Part shown: positions 10,932-22,381 of the stretch, one piece after another
How the letters are laid out: every line of letters starts with the position of its first letter
Position numbering within the stretch: position 1 is the stretch's first letter
Source of the DNA: Octopus sinensis
Lineage: Eukaryota
Length of the DNA stretch: 35,498 bases
Assembly: GCF_006345805.1 (NCBI RefSeq)
Contig: NW_021831890.1
Location: 1-35,498 of the forward strand
Direction: 5' to 3'
Translations under genes and position numbers: made by a program
The notes under the pieces: model-generated
What the model saw: only the letters and a program-made list of their open reading frames with translations
Told to the model about the DNA's origin: nothing
Database searches by the model: none

Positions 10932-11331
10932 AGCCAAGTCGGAACATATATTTTCACGAGGCATTTCCGACCCTGCCTCGGCAATATCTACCTAAAATTT
11001 TCAAATCATCGCTCTCGCGCCAAATTTATCGGCAGCAATAAATATAATCCGCCGATTCCATTACGGAATTAACCAAAAATTCATAATTAATCATATATGG
11101 TGGCAAAAAATTTTGTAGAATTTTTTTGCCACCAGCGCCTAGTGGGAAAAAATTAAATAGTCATGGACCATTTTTACGTTCAACATCACAATCAAGGAAC
11201 GTAAAAATGGTCTATGACTATTTAATTTTTTCCCACTAGGCCGCTGGTGGCAAAAAAATTCTACAAATTTTTGCCACCCTATATTGATTATATATATATA
11301 TATATATTATATATATATCTATATATATTAT

Positions 11332-11364
<33 letters not shown>

Positions 11365-11404
11365 TACATGTGTATATTTATGTATGCATATATGTAAATG
11401 TGGG

Positions 11405-11530
11405 CTACTGGCGATTTTCCTTCTTCCTTGAACTTTTCATTTTCTCGTTTCCGACGAAGACCATGCTCAAAACGTCAGCGTCAAACTGATATAATTATCG
11501 TGCACGTCCTCACGTTCGTTGTTCTCTCTT
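11405..11530 (+). mobile_element. Short PLE pseudo-LTR-like fragment with degenerate minimal hammerhead motif
   Basis: CCGACGA-A-GACCATGCTC-AAAACGTC at 11451-11476. Shares GGCGAT, TCTCGTT, ATGCTC.AAACGTCA and TGCACGTCCTCA with 13850-13995. Confidence 0.5.
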
Positions 11531-13204
11531 TTCTTTTTTCATTTCCTTTTGTATTAGTTTTTTTTAACTGTTTATTCATTGAATTCACTATGTAAATATA
11601 TACCTATAAATATACATACATATATACACACACACATACACACATATATATATATGTATATATATATATACGTACATACATACACACACATATATATATA
11701 TACATACAAACATACATACACACACACACATATATATATACTTAGGGAGAGAGCGAGAGGCAGACAAATAGACAGAGACAGAGCGATAGAGAGATGAAAA
11801 TATAGATAGATAAAAAGAGAGGCACTTTTATACATACATATATGCATCCATCCACCATCCATCCATCCATCCATCCATACATACATACATACATACATAT
11901 CCATACATACATACATATACACATATATACAGTTCGTTTTTAGCGGAAACGACTGCTTGTGATTAAACGTTAAAGCTGTATATCTCTCTCTTAGAGTGGG
12001 AGAGATAAGAAATATAGGAAGCTATATATAATGAGAGTTAGGTAAGGAAAGATAGACTGAGTAGAAGAGAGGGAGAGAGATTCGCTTGTTTTGATCTACC
12101 GTTTATGTTTAGTCATGTGTGAACACTAAATCATAAGATGTGACAGATTACATTGGAAATCTGTCAGATCGCAAAACTTCACACTTGGAAACCCGAACTC
12201 CTTGACCATATCTAACTCGCTGAAGATAATTGCTAATTTGTAATCAGAACCATTGTCTCGCTGATAATTCTATATTACATTATAAAATCCTCTTCACACT
12301 TCAAATTTCTGATTTCATTATATCGTTCAACTCTCTCATTTCTCTCATAAATAATAACATAAAAAATTACATACACACAGTCTTGAAGGAAAAGCGTGAA
12401 ACCGATGGTGTACATCAAGAAAATAATAGATATAACCTCTATTTTTCCGCAAATGAAGACTGGAAAGTTAGGAAGATGTGAAATTATAAAAGTATAGATG
12501 ATGCAGTGAAAGCGTCTGTTCGTTCTGTTTGATAAAGCAGACGATTTTCGCTCATGCTTCACATTATAGTGTTTTAAAAAATAAAGAAAACGGTAAATGA
12601 TGTATTGAGGTAGATTTTGAGTTTCTTCAGATAATATACAGGGTAAAAACCGGCTGGGCATTAGTTTAATGATTGAAATGGACCCCTTGAAACTGAACCG
12701 CGATACATTGCATATATTCCTCACAAAATGTACAAAATAGTATGCTTTACTCAGCTCAACAGCAAATGAACGTTATCATTTTTAAAGATTAATTTCTCGT
12801 TTCTTCTTTGGTTATTTGGAGACCGAAAAAGAGGTTTCCTTAGAGCTGTTCTGCCATTATAAACAAGTGGATGGTAATACTTCATAGAAATATTGCGAAT
12901 CATTTGGAGTTACTCTGCAACGTAGATTATTATCGATAATCCCCTTGACAGTCTGAAGAGACTTGTCAACGTTCCCGGGTTGACCTGCGTGGAATGACGT
13001 TGATACTTTCGCCGAGGAATAGAACAAACATGTGATTGGCTGTGACTAAACAAATTCCAAGGTTATATACAATGTTACGCTGACTAACGCTACTCTCAGA
13101 TTCACCCACAATACGCTCTCCCTCAAAATCAGACACTTATATTTCTAGTATTGGCAACATAATATGCTGTAATCCGTGCATATATACATACTTACATATG
13201 TATA

Positions 13205-13267
<63 letters not shown>

Positions 13268-13295
13268 GATGGCCTGGTCGGTCACGGTGATCACG

Positions 13296-13334
<39 letters not shown>

Positions 13335-13339
<5 letters not shown>

Positions 13340-13631
13340 CGTGATCACCGTGACGGACCAGACTAACAGATGTTGCTACACATCGCTGGTCACAATACGC
13401 TTCGTGTTGTTTTAGTTTTCAAATGATGCCACTCCGCTGGCCAAAAGAAGAAAGAGCGAGAGAAAGTTGTGGCGAAAGAGTACAGCAGGGATCGCCACCA
13501 CCTCCTGCCGGAGAATCGTGGAGCTTTAGGTGTTTTCACTCAATAAACACTCACAACGCCCGTTCTGGGAATCGAAACCGCGATCCTACGACCGCGAGTC
13601 CGCTGTCTAACCGCTGGGCCATTGCGCCTCC
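13335..13631 (-). mobile_element. tRNA-derived SINE family B, full length
   Basis: Minus-strand head GGAGGCGCAATGGCCCAGCGGTTAG (A box) and GGTTTCGATTCC (B box). Tail ..GTCACGGTGATCACGGTGAT runs into (AT)n. Confidence 0.9.
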
Positions 13632-13690
13632 ACACACACACACGCTCGCACACACACACAAACACACACACACACACACACAAATACATT

Positions 13691-13731
<41 letters not shown>

Positions 13732-13849
13732 CATATTGCGCAACCTACAGGCCAAGTTTCTCTTACAAATGCCATGGACAGACGGAAACACCTACATACA
13801 TGAATCTTTATACTTCCGGTCACTTCAACAATGCAAATACACGTATGCC

Positions 13850-13995
13850 GTTGGCGATGTCTCTTTCTTGTTTCGATCTTTCTCGTTCACCTATCCAACA
13901 TGGAGCTATGCTCGAAACGTCAATCTCTCTCCGTTTACCGATTTTCAAGCTAATACATATCTTATGCACGTCCTCATGATGTTCGTTTCTATTCG
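13850..13995 (+). mobile_element. Second PLE pseudo-LTR-like fragment with degenerate minimal hammerhead motif
   Basis: GAGC-TAT-GCTC-GAAACGTC at 13903-13921. The CUGANGA position is decayed (CCAACATG). Confidence 0.5.
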
Positions 13996-14033
13996 TTTAA
14001 TTGAATTGACTATACATACATACATACATACAT

Positions 14034-14314
14034 TCACCGTGATCACCGTGATCGACCAGGCTATCAGATGTTGCTACACATCGCTGGTTACAATGCGCTT
14101 CGCCGCTGGCTAGGTGAGCATGCCAACAGAAGAAAGAGAGAGATAAAGTTGTGGCGAAAGAGTACGGCAGGGATCGCCACCACCGCCTGCCCGAGCCTCG
14201 TGGAGCTTTAGGTGTTTTCGCACAATAAACTCTCACAACGCCCGGTCTGGGAATCGAAACCGCGATCCTATAATCACGAGTCCGCTGCCCTAACCACTGG
14301 GGCATTGCGCCTCC
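14034..14314 (-). mobile_element. SINE family B, second copy with a short internal deletion
   Basis: Aligns end to end with 13335-13631. Confidence 0.9.
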
Positions 14315-14344
14315 ACACATACATACATATATACATGTATTTTT

Positions 14345-14402
14345 TTATTTTATTTTATTTTATCTAGTTTCAGCTCACGAGCTGCGGCCATGCCGGGGCA
14401 CC
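14345..14402 (-). mobile_element. Isolated LINE-type 3' tail with (AAAAT)n
   Basis: Minus strand GGTGCCCCGGCATGGCCGCAGCTCGTGAGCTGAAACTAG then (AAAAT)n. Matches the LINE 3' UTR at 7292-7331. Confidence 0.75.
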
Positions 14403-14419
14403 GTCATTTTTTCATATAT

Positions 14420-14584
14420 ACAACAGGCTTCTTTCAGTTTCCGTCTACCAAATCCACTCACAAGGCACTGGTCGGCCTGGGGCTATAGCAGATGACACTT
14501 GCGCAAGATCCACGCAGTGGGACTTAACCCGGAACCATGTGGTTGGTTAGCAAGCTACTTACCACACAGCCACTCCTGCGCCTA
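14420..14584 (-). mobile_element. tRNA-derived SINE family C, 5' half
   Basis: Minus strand GGCGCAGGAGTGGCTGTGTGGTAAG..GGTTCCGGGTTAAGTCC. Matches 25874-26032. Confidence 0.9.
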
Positions 14585-14609
14585 CATATATACATATATA
14601 TGTATATGG

Positions 14610-14900
14610 AAAGGTAATGTATGAAACATCAATAGGTATACCGATACATTAACTGTGGTTAGCAGCTCATTTCCTGATAGGTTGGTGAACATCAACAAAA
14701 ATAAAGAGATAGGCACTGGTAGTAACTGGAAACACTCTATGGTAGACACGTCTTGTTTTCCTAAAGCTTGTTTAGAGTCACGGAACAAAAGTCCATCGAA
14801 AATAGTCGGCTTATATCCGCCGTGAAACCCGTTGTCAAAAAATGTATATGAACGAAACCGCTGATCATAACCGAGCATTATAACGAACACACTCTCCTCA
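14610..14900 (+). pseudogene. Possible highly decayed PLE GIY-YIG C-terminal fragment
   Basis: Stop-ridden frame ..YINCG..VGEHQ..SLFRVTEQ..I*TKPLI loosely follows the pattern YIG.T.R.L..R..EH....F.I.....I....P.LN. Confidence 0.3.
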
Positions 14901-16002
14901 AAGAACAAGCTACAAACAAGGACCAGTAGCTCATGAAAGTCACTTTTAAGTTGTGGTTTTAAAATAATGTTTATATTCACTGTGATTCATCGCTCATCGA
15001 ATATCTCTACGGAACTGGTCTGTAAAGGACACGCAACAGAAAAAATATTCTAATCTCAATTTTCCTTTTTTTTTCTTGTTTCCTAGCTTGTACTTTCCAG
15101 TGACATCGCAGGTGGATATCAGTTGAGGAGAATGATTATCAACATAAAATATAAAAGCGTCAGAAGGAATAGTAAGGAGTAGAAAAGCGAGAGGAAGTGG
15201 CCAGACTGAGAGGGATAACAAAGAGAGAGAGAGAGAGAGGTTTATATACAGAGAGAAAGAGAGAAAAATCGACAGAGAGATATTGGGAGAGACACAGAAT
15301 CAGTCAGACAGACAAGATGGCAGCGATAACGACATAGAAGAGAGCTATACATATACATATATAATATAACACCACACACTGGGAATCAGTGAAGAGGAAA
15401 ACTGATTGTAACTATAGAAACGTATAAAACACATTAAAAACTGTTAAAAAACCAAAATAGAAATATATAAATGTATAGAGAAAGAAAGAATGAATAAAAG
15501 AAAGAAAATGGTATTAAAATGGCGTGGCTTATTGGTTTCCGACGGCGACAAACGACCTACAAAGTCTTTGAAATTTGAAGCTGAACATTGCGATTAGTAG
15601 GCAGATTCTGATTGAAAAAGTGGAAACACGTATATTAAGAAACGAAGTAAGTTTTGGTCAGCGATAGAGTACGGAATGATACACAGAGAAACGTACACAA
15701 ATGCTTCCGCGCACCCACGTCCACACAAACCCAAATGCAAACAGACGCACACATAGACATCTCTTTCACTCTCATTCTCTTTCTCTCTCTCCTTCCTCTC
15801 TCTCTCTCAATATATATATGTATGTGTGTATGTATAATTATATGTATAAGTATAAGTATATATGTGTGTATGTATGTGTGTACGTGCACATATATATGTG
15901 TGTGTGTGTATACATCTATATATATATATGTGTGTGTGTGCGTGTGTATATGTATATAGATAGTTAGATAGATTGAGAGAGAGAGAGACAGTTAGGCAGA
16001 CT

Positions 16003-16029
<27 letters not shown>

Positions 16030-16034
<5 letters not shown>

Positions 16035-16286
16035 TATATTCCAGAAGTTTTGATACTTTATCAGGAAAGACATTTAATTTCAAAGTACAAAACCCGAATC
16101 CCCTTGAATTCCCTTGTTCTGTTGCTTCAAGCACTTCTTGAAAGCCCTATAGAATTTCTGCCATGTGTAGGTGTCCAGGCTCCTTGACTCAGCCTCCTTC
16201 ATCTTCCAAATGACTGACCCCTGACATCCTTCTTCAGCTTGGAGAGCAACCAAAAGTCACCCGGAGCAAGGTCAGGAAAACAATAT
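16030..16286 (-). mobile_element. Mariner transposase C-terminal remnant with probable TIR end
   Basis: Minus strand reads PDLAPGDFWLLSKLKKDVRG, then (frameshift) MKEAESRSLDTYTWQKFYRAFKK, matching YSPDLAP.DF.LF.KLK. Ends AAAACTTCTGGAATATACCC. Confidence 0.75.
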
Positions 16287-16288
16287 AC

Positions 16289-16539
16289 CTGGCAGAATCG
16301 TTAGCACGCCGGGCGAAATGCGCAGCCGTATTTCGTCTGCCGTTAAGCTCTAAGTTCAAATTCCGCCGAGGTCGACTTTGCCTTTCATCCTTTCGAGGTT
16401 GATAAATTAAGTACCAGTTACGCACTGGGAACGATGTAATCAACTTAATCCGTTTGTCTGTCCATGTTTGTCTCCTGTGTTTAGCCCCTTACGAGTAGTA
16501 AAGAAATGGGTATTTTGTCTGCCGCTACGTTCTGAGTTC
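16289..16539 (+). mobile_element. SINE family A, left arm plus start of the dimer second arm
   Basis: TGGCAGAATCG and AAGTTCAAATTCC boxes, core, tail1, then GTATTTTGTCTGCCGCTACGTTCTGAGTTC, the same junction as in 729-1130. Confidence 0.9.
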
Positions 16540-17157
16540 TTGACTCTTGAAGACAATTGAAAAGGTTGCAAGACGCAACAAAAAATTTTAGGAAAATGAA
16601 AATAAGAAATAAGGGGAAATTTTACCGGTGATTTTTTTAAATCATAAGGCACAAACAGAAAATGACTCTCTCCAGACACAACAGAATATATATATATATA
16701 TATACGCACTTGCGCACGCATGCACACGCATCTCTCTCCCTCTTTCTCTCTCCTCCTTTCTCTCTCTCCCCTTCTTTCTCTCTCTGTAATGTTTGATATC
16801 ATGCTTTTTCTCTACTTTTAAAAACAGAAATTCACTTAAGCCTTTTCCTCCTCTTTCATAAACGATACGAATCGGAACAAAGGTACCTTACGTTAATCGC
16901 ATTTATCTTCATTGTGCAATTCTATGATTGCTGATTTTCCCTTTTTGCATTTCTAAATATGTACAAGCGTGTTGTTTTGCGTCAAAGTTAAGAATAAACA
17001 TACGTAAGATAAGGAATTTCTTTGCCTAACACTATGGCATCTTCTCTAAGGAGCTTGAGAGATTGCATTGAATATTAATATTTGGAATACTGAAAATTTT
17101 ATTCATCCAAATGTTGATTACAGACAAGTGGTGCAAGCAGAGTGTATAGATCAAATA

Positions 17158-17240
17158 ATGTATGTATGTATGTATGTATGTATGTATGTATGTATGTATG
17201 TAGGTATGTATGTATGTATGTATGTATGCATGAATGTATG

Positions 17241-17274
<34 letters not shown>

Positions 17275-17310
17275 TGTATGTATGTATGTATGTATGCATG
17301 TATGTATATG
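17158..17310. repeat. (TATG)n microsatellite
   Basis: Directly visible. Confidence 0.95.
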
Positions 17311-18194
17311 TTACTGGAGAGAGCAAGAAAGTGAGTGGGAGGTAGTGTGTTAGACGTGGATGGATATCTTTTTCTAGATACACAAACACATATATGTAAA
17401 CATACATACATACGAAAATAGTTGCATGTGTGTATGTGTGTGTGTGTGTGAGTGTTGTGTGTGTGTGTGTGTGCGAGTGTGTCATGTATGAGTGTGTGCG
17501 TGTCGCGTTCCTGTGTGTGTGTGTGTGCAAACGTAAGAAGAAAAACCACAGAGTCCACAAGTACACATGAAGTTATGTTTTCTATTAGATACTAGATTCC
17601 TAATCAACGAACAGAGAGTCGTACACATTGGCTGAGCTGAGCATTGTGGGACGGGAAAATAAAATTGACTGACAAACACTACTGCTTAAACATTTATATG
17701 TTCTCATACAGAGACACACGTACATGCACTGATGCACTCAAAAAAAACATACAGCCAAAGGAAAAAGGAGTAAATTAAGATGTTTCACAAGTTGAATAAA
17801 CAAACACGATACAGATACATGAATACACAGTTTCTCATAACATTTCTCTCCAAGGATTCATAGAGCAAACGTGAGACATTTACACAAAATTACACACAAA
17901 ATGAAGTATTTCTATGTGTTTCTTTGTCTATACGCCTATTCATATAAACAAACAAACAAGAACTAGCCCTCGCACTCAGACACATACACATACATGTATT
18001 TGTTGGTACATGTTTACAAATATTTTCATATACATGTGTATAATTTGCATGTGTATACGCGTGCGTATATAAGATATCTGTGTAAATATAGAGACAGGAG
18101 GACAAACATGGAAGCAAAACAATAGCTTAGAATAAATCAAGAAGCAACATTTGTACGTACATACATGCATACATATATATATACACACATATAC

Positions 18195-18226
<32 letters not shown>

Positions 18227-18238
18227 ATATACACATAT

Positions 18239-18288
<50 letters not shown>

Positions 18289-19270
18289 ATAGATTGATCT
18301 AGAAATATAAGTCAGTGTGTGTGTATATTTTTGTGTGAGTGTGTTGTGCAGTATATTGTTTGCCCATGTTTATAGGTGTTCCCATATGTATTATTACATC
18401 GTGTGTAGTATTGTTTATAGTAATTTCACCTGTGTTTGTGTATGTGTGTATATATATGTATATACATACATACATACATACATATATATATATATATACA
18501 TGTATATACATGCATATATACATATATACTGGTACACGTACACATGCATGGAGTGGTGGCCACATGTAGCACATATATATTTAGATAGTGTAAACTATTT
18601 GGGAGATGACAACGTTATGAAATTATACGAAATAGATTTAAAAACCAAAAAAATCTTATTTGGCCCAAAAAACAACAAGCGTGAAACTGCAAAAACAACT
18701 ATTAAGAAGAAATATATAGTGTATGTCTCCTTTTCGGGGCATTAATATATTGAATGTGTCTGTGCATGGTTTTTTTATTATGTTTACGAATGGGTTTTTT
18801 TTCTGTGTCGCGTGTTATTACATTCTCAATGTTTACTTAGGCCAAATATTTTATGAAAGTAAAATATAGACACATACATCAACTCTCATGCTGAACGATG
18901 TATACAGGCACTTACACACACACGCAAATACACACACTCACACACGCACATATATAATCTCTCTTTCTCAATCTCTCTTTCTCTCTCTTTCTGTCATAAA
19001 GACAGAAACTTTGAAACACAGACATAAATAAGCGTATAGATACTAACACATAAACACACATAAACACACACACACACAAGTTAATATAGATTCATATTAA
19101 CTCGGCTCTACAGTCTCGGAAGGATGGAATAGGCATTCGTGTACATGGCTCTGTGTGGTCTGCGTGTGTTGTGTGTGTGTGTGTGAATGTACGTGTTGAC
19201 ATACACAAACATATATGTTTATCAGGACAGATTATGTAAAAGGTTCTTGTGCGTCTCTCTCTCTCTCTCA

Positions 19271-19301
<31 letters not shown>

Positions 19302-19850
19302 CTATATATATATATATTATATATTGATGTATATATTATATATTGATATGTATCTTCATATATGAATATGCATATATACATACATATTATATATATATAT
19401 AGTACATACTTACTATATATATACTACAATATATATATATATATATATATATACGTACATACTTATATATATATATACATATATATATATATAGAGAGAG
19501 ATAGATAGATATGTACGGATCAATCGATAGATATAAACCCATACATTCATATTTACGCACATACACACAGCACAGGAGTCTGCACGTGTGTATGTGTGTG
19601 TGTTGTGTGTGTGTGAGTGTGATGTCACAAAACCATCTAAAAATTGCCCATTGCCGACGTCCTTTGTAACCAAACAAAGGTTCAAATGATATAAACATAC
19701 ATTTCACCTCACATACGCGATCGCAATGGATGAAAAAAATATATTCATTCAGAATTGCAATATAGCAAGGATGCACTCACATCTGCATATGTATATATAT
19801 ATATATATATACGTATATATATATATATATATATAATATATAATATATAT

Positions 19851-19914
<64 letters not shown>

Positions 19915-19937
19915 CTATAATATATATTTATATATAT

Positions 19938-20450
19938 ATGTCCCCAAAGGCCATCCCCTCCTCACCGTCGTGTGGACGCTGGCAACGGGTAGTGTCAGAG
20001 CCATGCCGTCGGGACTTCTGTTCCTGGAAGGCCACCCAAGGCGGATTGGTCTGACACCGAGTGGTATTAGGGCCACAACCTGGTGAAAATACTCGGAGTG
20101 TCTGTTTCGGCAACCGGCGGCTCCTCAGTCGTTCTGTCCCTGCGTCTGCAGACAATCTCCGGCAAAAAGGATGTCTCTACATGCAGGGTTTTTTTTTCCT
20201 TGTTTTTACCCCTCTGCAAAGGAATTTTATTTAATTCTTTCGCAAGAAGGACTAGTTCGACGAGTCGTGTTCTGTCCTTACCTTCGAAACACGCTGGAGT
20301 TGAACTAGGGACAGCTGATGAAGGGGATTTTTCCTTGTGTAGTTGTCTTGTACTCTGTTTTTTCGTTGTTAAAAAAATGGTCCATTCCATGCTTGTTTTC
20401 ACTTTTTCGTTTCTCGTCGAATTCTACGTCTATTTGTGGTGTCCTGTATT
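19938..20450. other. Unclassified GC-richer block between (TA)n tracts, probably a retroelement fragment
   Basis: Composition shifts abruptly from the flanks. Minus-strand ORF 20067-20402 has no motif I recognise. Confidence 0.35.
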
Positions 20451-20727
20451 CACGTATATATATTTATATATGCATGTATATACACATGTAGATGTAGGTA
20501 CGTACATATATGTTTGTATGTATGCATATATTTTATTTATTACACCATATATGTATATATATATATATATCAACTATTTGTTTTCCGTTTGCCACCAGTC
20601 ATATTTGTTCTCAATCTTCCATATTGAAGACGCACGGAAAGCTAGCTAAATTCCACGGATTAATTACATTTTATTTAGTTATTGGGTGGAATTGTCTTAT
20701 AAGATGTCAATTATTTGGTGTCCATTT

Positions 20728-22381
20728 CACTGGTCAACCCCAAAAAATTTATTTGAAATAATGTCGAGACACCAAACATCTTTTTTAGGTAACTTGAGGA
20801 CGCTAAATCTTAAAATGACCTTACACCTTACTTTTTCTTGGTTAGCTAACGTCTTTGTTGTATAGATATGCCTCATGTTTTGGGGTGGGGAAAAGCATTG
20901 TTTTCATTTGTTTTCTGTATATTTGATATTGATCTATGGCAATATTTTTCAAAGTAAAATCGTAGAAACCTCTCAATTCATATTTAAACCAAAAATATTG
21001 ATCTGCTTATTGAGAAATACTATTTAAAATAAAAATCAGACCCTAAGTTTTTTAAAATAACACGATTGAATACACCAAGACGAACAAGTATTTTCATCAA
21101 ATCATTAAATAACTGACAGCAGAAATAAAAACCTCCGTGACATAAGAACTATGGTAAAAATTTTCTCTGTCTTGATTGTCTGTTATGTTCAATGTTATTT
21201 GATACTCTAGCAGTAGTCAGCCATCATTTATTTGTCCCACCGTCCCTGGTGGTGCTCTTCTATTGTTTTGATATCCTCATGGAATCGTTCTCCTTGCTCA
21301 TCACTCACATCGCCGCAATCATCCTGAAATTTATCTAGATGGCTATGTAAAAAATGAACCTTAATACTCATATTAGCACCTATGTCATGTAAAGTTTTCA
21401 GCAGCTTTTCCAATAACTCTTTGTAGTTTTCGGCCCGGCGATTGCCTAAGAAGTTTTTCACCACGTCAACAATAACTAACAACGTTCTTTTCAACTCTCG
21501 GGGTGGTTAATCTTTCCCTTTCCAGTGTTCCTCTTTTGCTCAACTGTCCCACATATACTCACACACACACAAAAAAAAAAACATGGGCATTTCGTGTAGC
21601 CACTTTGTTGACCAAGCTATGATAAAAAAGAACATGAGTTGGTTGAGCACTTACATTACACTTTGCGTGTTCACATTTAGGTAATTTGATCTTTCCTAAT
21701 GTCCTTCGCAAAGACTCCTAAAACTGTCAATAAGAAAAGCCGAAAGAGTCGTTACGCTGATTCTACGTCGTATCTTCGTTATCCCGCGTGGAGGGCGGAT
21801 TTTAAGGTAAAACCATTTTCATGATGTTCATCATGTACAATGGAATAAGTGCATTCAATTGGGATGAATTTAGTTGGAGTTTTTTTTCCAACTGTAAAAA
21901 CAAAAGCTCTTAATGTGCTTGGTTTCCTTTCGTAGTGAAGAGATAAAAGTGATGGGATAGATTTATGAATATCAAACAGAAGATTTTAGGGTTTCATTGT
22001 TTTTGATGTCACGTTAATTATCAGGTTTACTAAAGTGTATTACTGATAAGGTTTATCAGTTAATTTGAATTTTGGCAATGAATTGGAAAAATTCGGTACT
22101 TCTATTTTTAAAATTTTGACTCAAAAACGCATTTTGTCTTATAAAAATAGTTTGTTTTAGGTGGCTGACATAAATTGCTCAGCCTACCTGAAAATTCATG
22201 GGTTTCTACTACCTTTTTTAAATAAATTTTGCGATCAGCCAAGATCGTAAATTGATCTTTTTTTCCAAAAATGAGCAATTTCAGTACGACAAAAACGGTA
22301 GCTAACCATGAAAAGCTAAGGTCATTTTTAGATTCAGTATCATCAAATTAAAAAAACACGGAAAAATCGTGTTGACCAGTG
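20728..22381 (-). mobile_element. Internally deleted CACTG-ended DNA transposon, Chapaev3-like (CMC superfamily)
   Basis: Termini CACTGGTCAAC / GTTGACCAGTG with ~150 bp of imperfect inverted arms (AAAATGACCTTA, TGGTTAGCTA). Flanks are TTT and TTA, an imperfect 3-bp TSD. Contains a transposase remnant. The family name is from recall. Confidence 0.75.
21228..21494 (-). pseudogene. Transposase C-terminal remnant
   Basis: VVKNFLGNRRAENY..MSIKVHFLHSHLDKF..VSDEQGERFHEDI..QGRW, a strongly conserved transposase signature. The upstream coding region is missing. Confidence 0.85.

Larger units (their letters stand above)
10117..11290 (-). mobile_element. Tandem hammerhead-bearing repeat (retrozyme-like or non-autonomous Penelope derivative): ~2.2 units plus terminal inversion, in (TA)n
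   Basis: Units start at 10117, 10598 and 11087 (periods 481 and 489). The partial third unit turns into an inverted copy of the first ~95 bp (11197-11290). Each full unit contains a type I hammerhead on the minus strand. Confidence 0.85.

Noticed and set aside
10117-11290. CRISPR array or plain satellite reading of the tandem
   Set aside because: There are no short repeats with unique spacers; the whole units are homologous and the context is eukaryotic.
12117-12185. Small hairpin TGACAGAT/ATCTGTCA
   Set aside because: Only short stems with large internal loops, within chance expectation for AT-rich DNA.
13570-13631. tRNA genes at SINE heads (also 14260-14314, 14520-14584, 16289-16370)
   Set aside because: A and B boxes are present, but there is no complete cloverleaf and each runs into a SINE body.
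20290-20345. Hammerhead at CTGATGA (about 20316)
   Set aside because: No GAAA follows stem II, and the upstream CGAAAC gives no credible stems I and III.
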